Below, one piece after another: positions 63,590 to 64,000 of a DNA stretch of 64,000 nt (its first letter is position 1; every line of letters begins with the position of its first letter). Where the stretch lies: contig NC_092673.1 of NCBI RefSeq assembly GCF_964355755.1, forward strand, positions 24,301,648-24,365,647, read 5' to 3'. The notes below the pieces were generated by a model. That model saw only the letters and a list, made by a program, of their open reading frames with translations, had not been told where the DNA came from and ran no database searches. This DNA is from Antedon mediterranea. Taxonomy: Eukaryota; Animalia; Echinodermata. The position numbers were made by a program, and so were the translations under genes.

Positions 63590-64000
63590 TATACAGGGAA
63601 GGTTTTAAACTACAAACAGAAACAGCCCTGGAGCAAGTACAGTATCTTTCTAGTGAACAAATTTATTATGATTATTTTTAACTTTATTTTTTCATTTTCA
63701 GAAATGACTAATATTTACACTATAACATATTTTTATATAGTTCCCACAAGTGTTGAGATGGACAATCAATTGACCAATTAAAATTATTCTTGATTGTGAG
63801 GCATTTGATAACAGGCAAACTGCCTTAAAATATCTTGACGTTTTTCGAGAAACGCCTAGAGTACTTATTTTATACTGCATCGACTTGCATTACATTCCTT
63901 CGCAATTCCCATATATCAATCATTTTCAATTAGATGAGTCTTCCCAAATGTCCATCTCTTCTCTGCAGACGCCTTTTATAGTTTTTTAATTGTCTATTGG

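Noticed and set aside
59160-64000. Next KCNT exon (expected D.xTILR.WAVKDFAP motif)
   Set aside because: Not found by eye; presumably beyond the window.

Overview
AT-rich, intron-rich animal (most likely marine invertebrate) genomic DNA, not prokaryotic. The + strand carries the 5' half of a Slo2/KCNT (Slack/Slick-type, Na+-activated) potassium channel gene. Eleven in-frame internal exons (44206-59159) encode S1-S6, the TVGYGD pore and the start of RCK1, and there are two candidate alternative first coding exons (25351-25421, 36032-36072); the gene continues past the window. The rest is a dense mosaic of transposons: a very young, intact Ty3/Gypsy LTR retrotransposon (18077-22918; identical 169-bp LTRs, ATAC TSD) nested in a non-autonomous Helitron, two more Helitron copies, two AcademH-like elements with 9-bp TSDs, Kolobok-, Harbinger- and hAT-like MITEs, L2/CR1-group LINE tails, Penelope-like fragments with a minimal hammerhead motif, and minisatellites. 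The most striking observation is in the Gypsy leader. The primer-binding site copies at least 32 nt of tRNA-Leu (far past the usual 18 nt) and is fused directly to a perfect 163-bp antisense copy of the element's own gag, so the RNA would fold into a 163-bp hairpin with the gag AUG in the loop. Superfamily assignments rest on termini and TSD rules only; no database search was possible.
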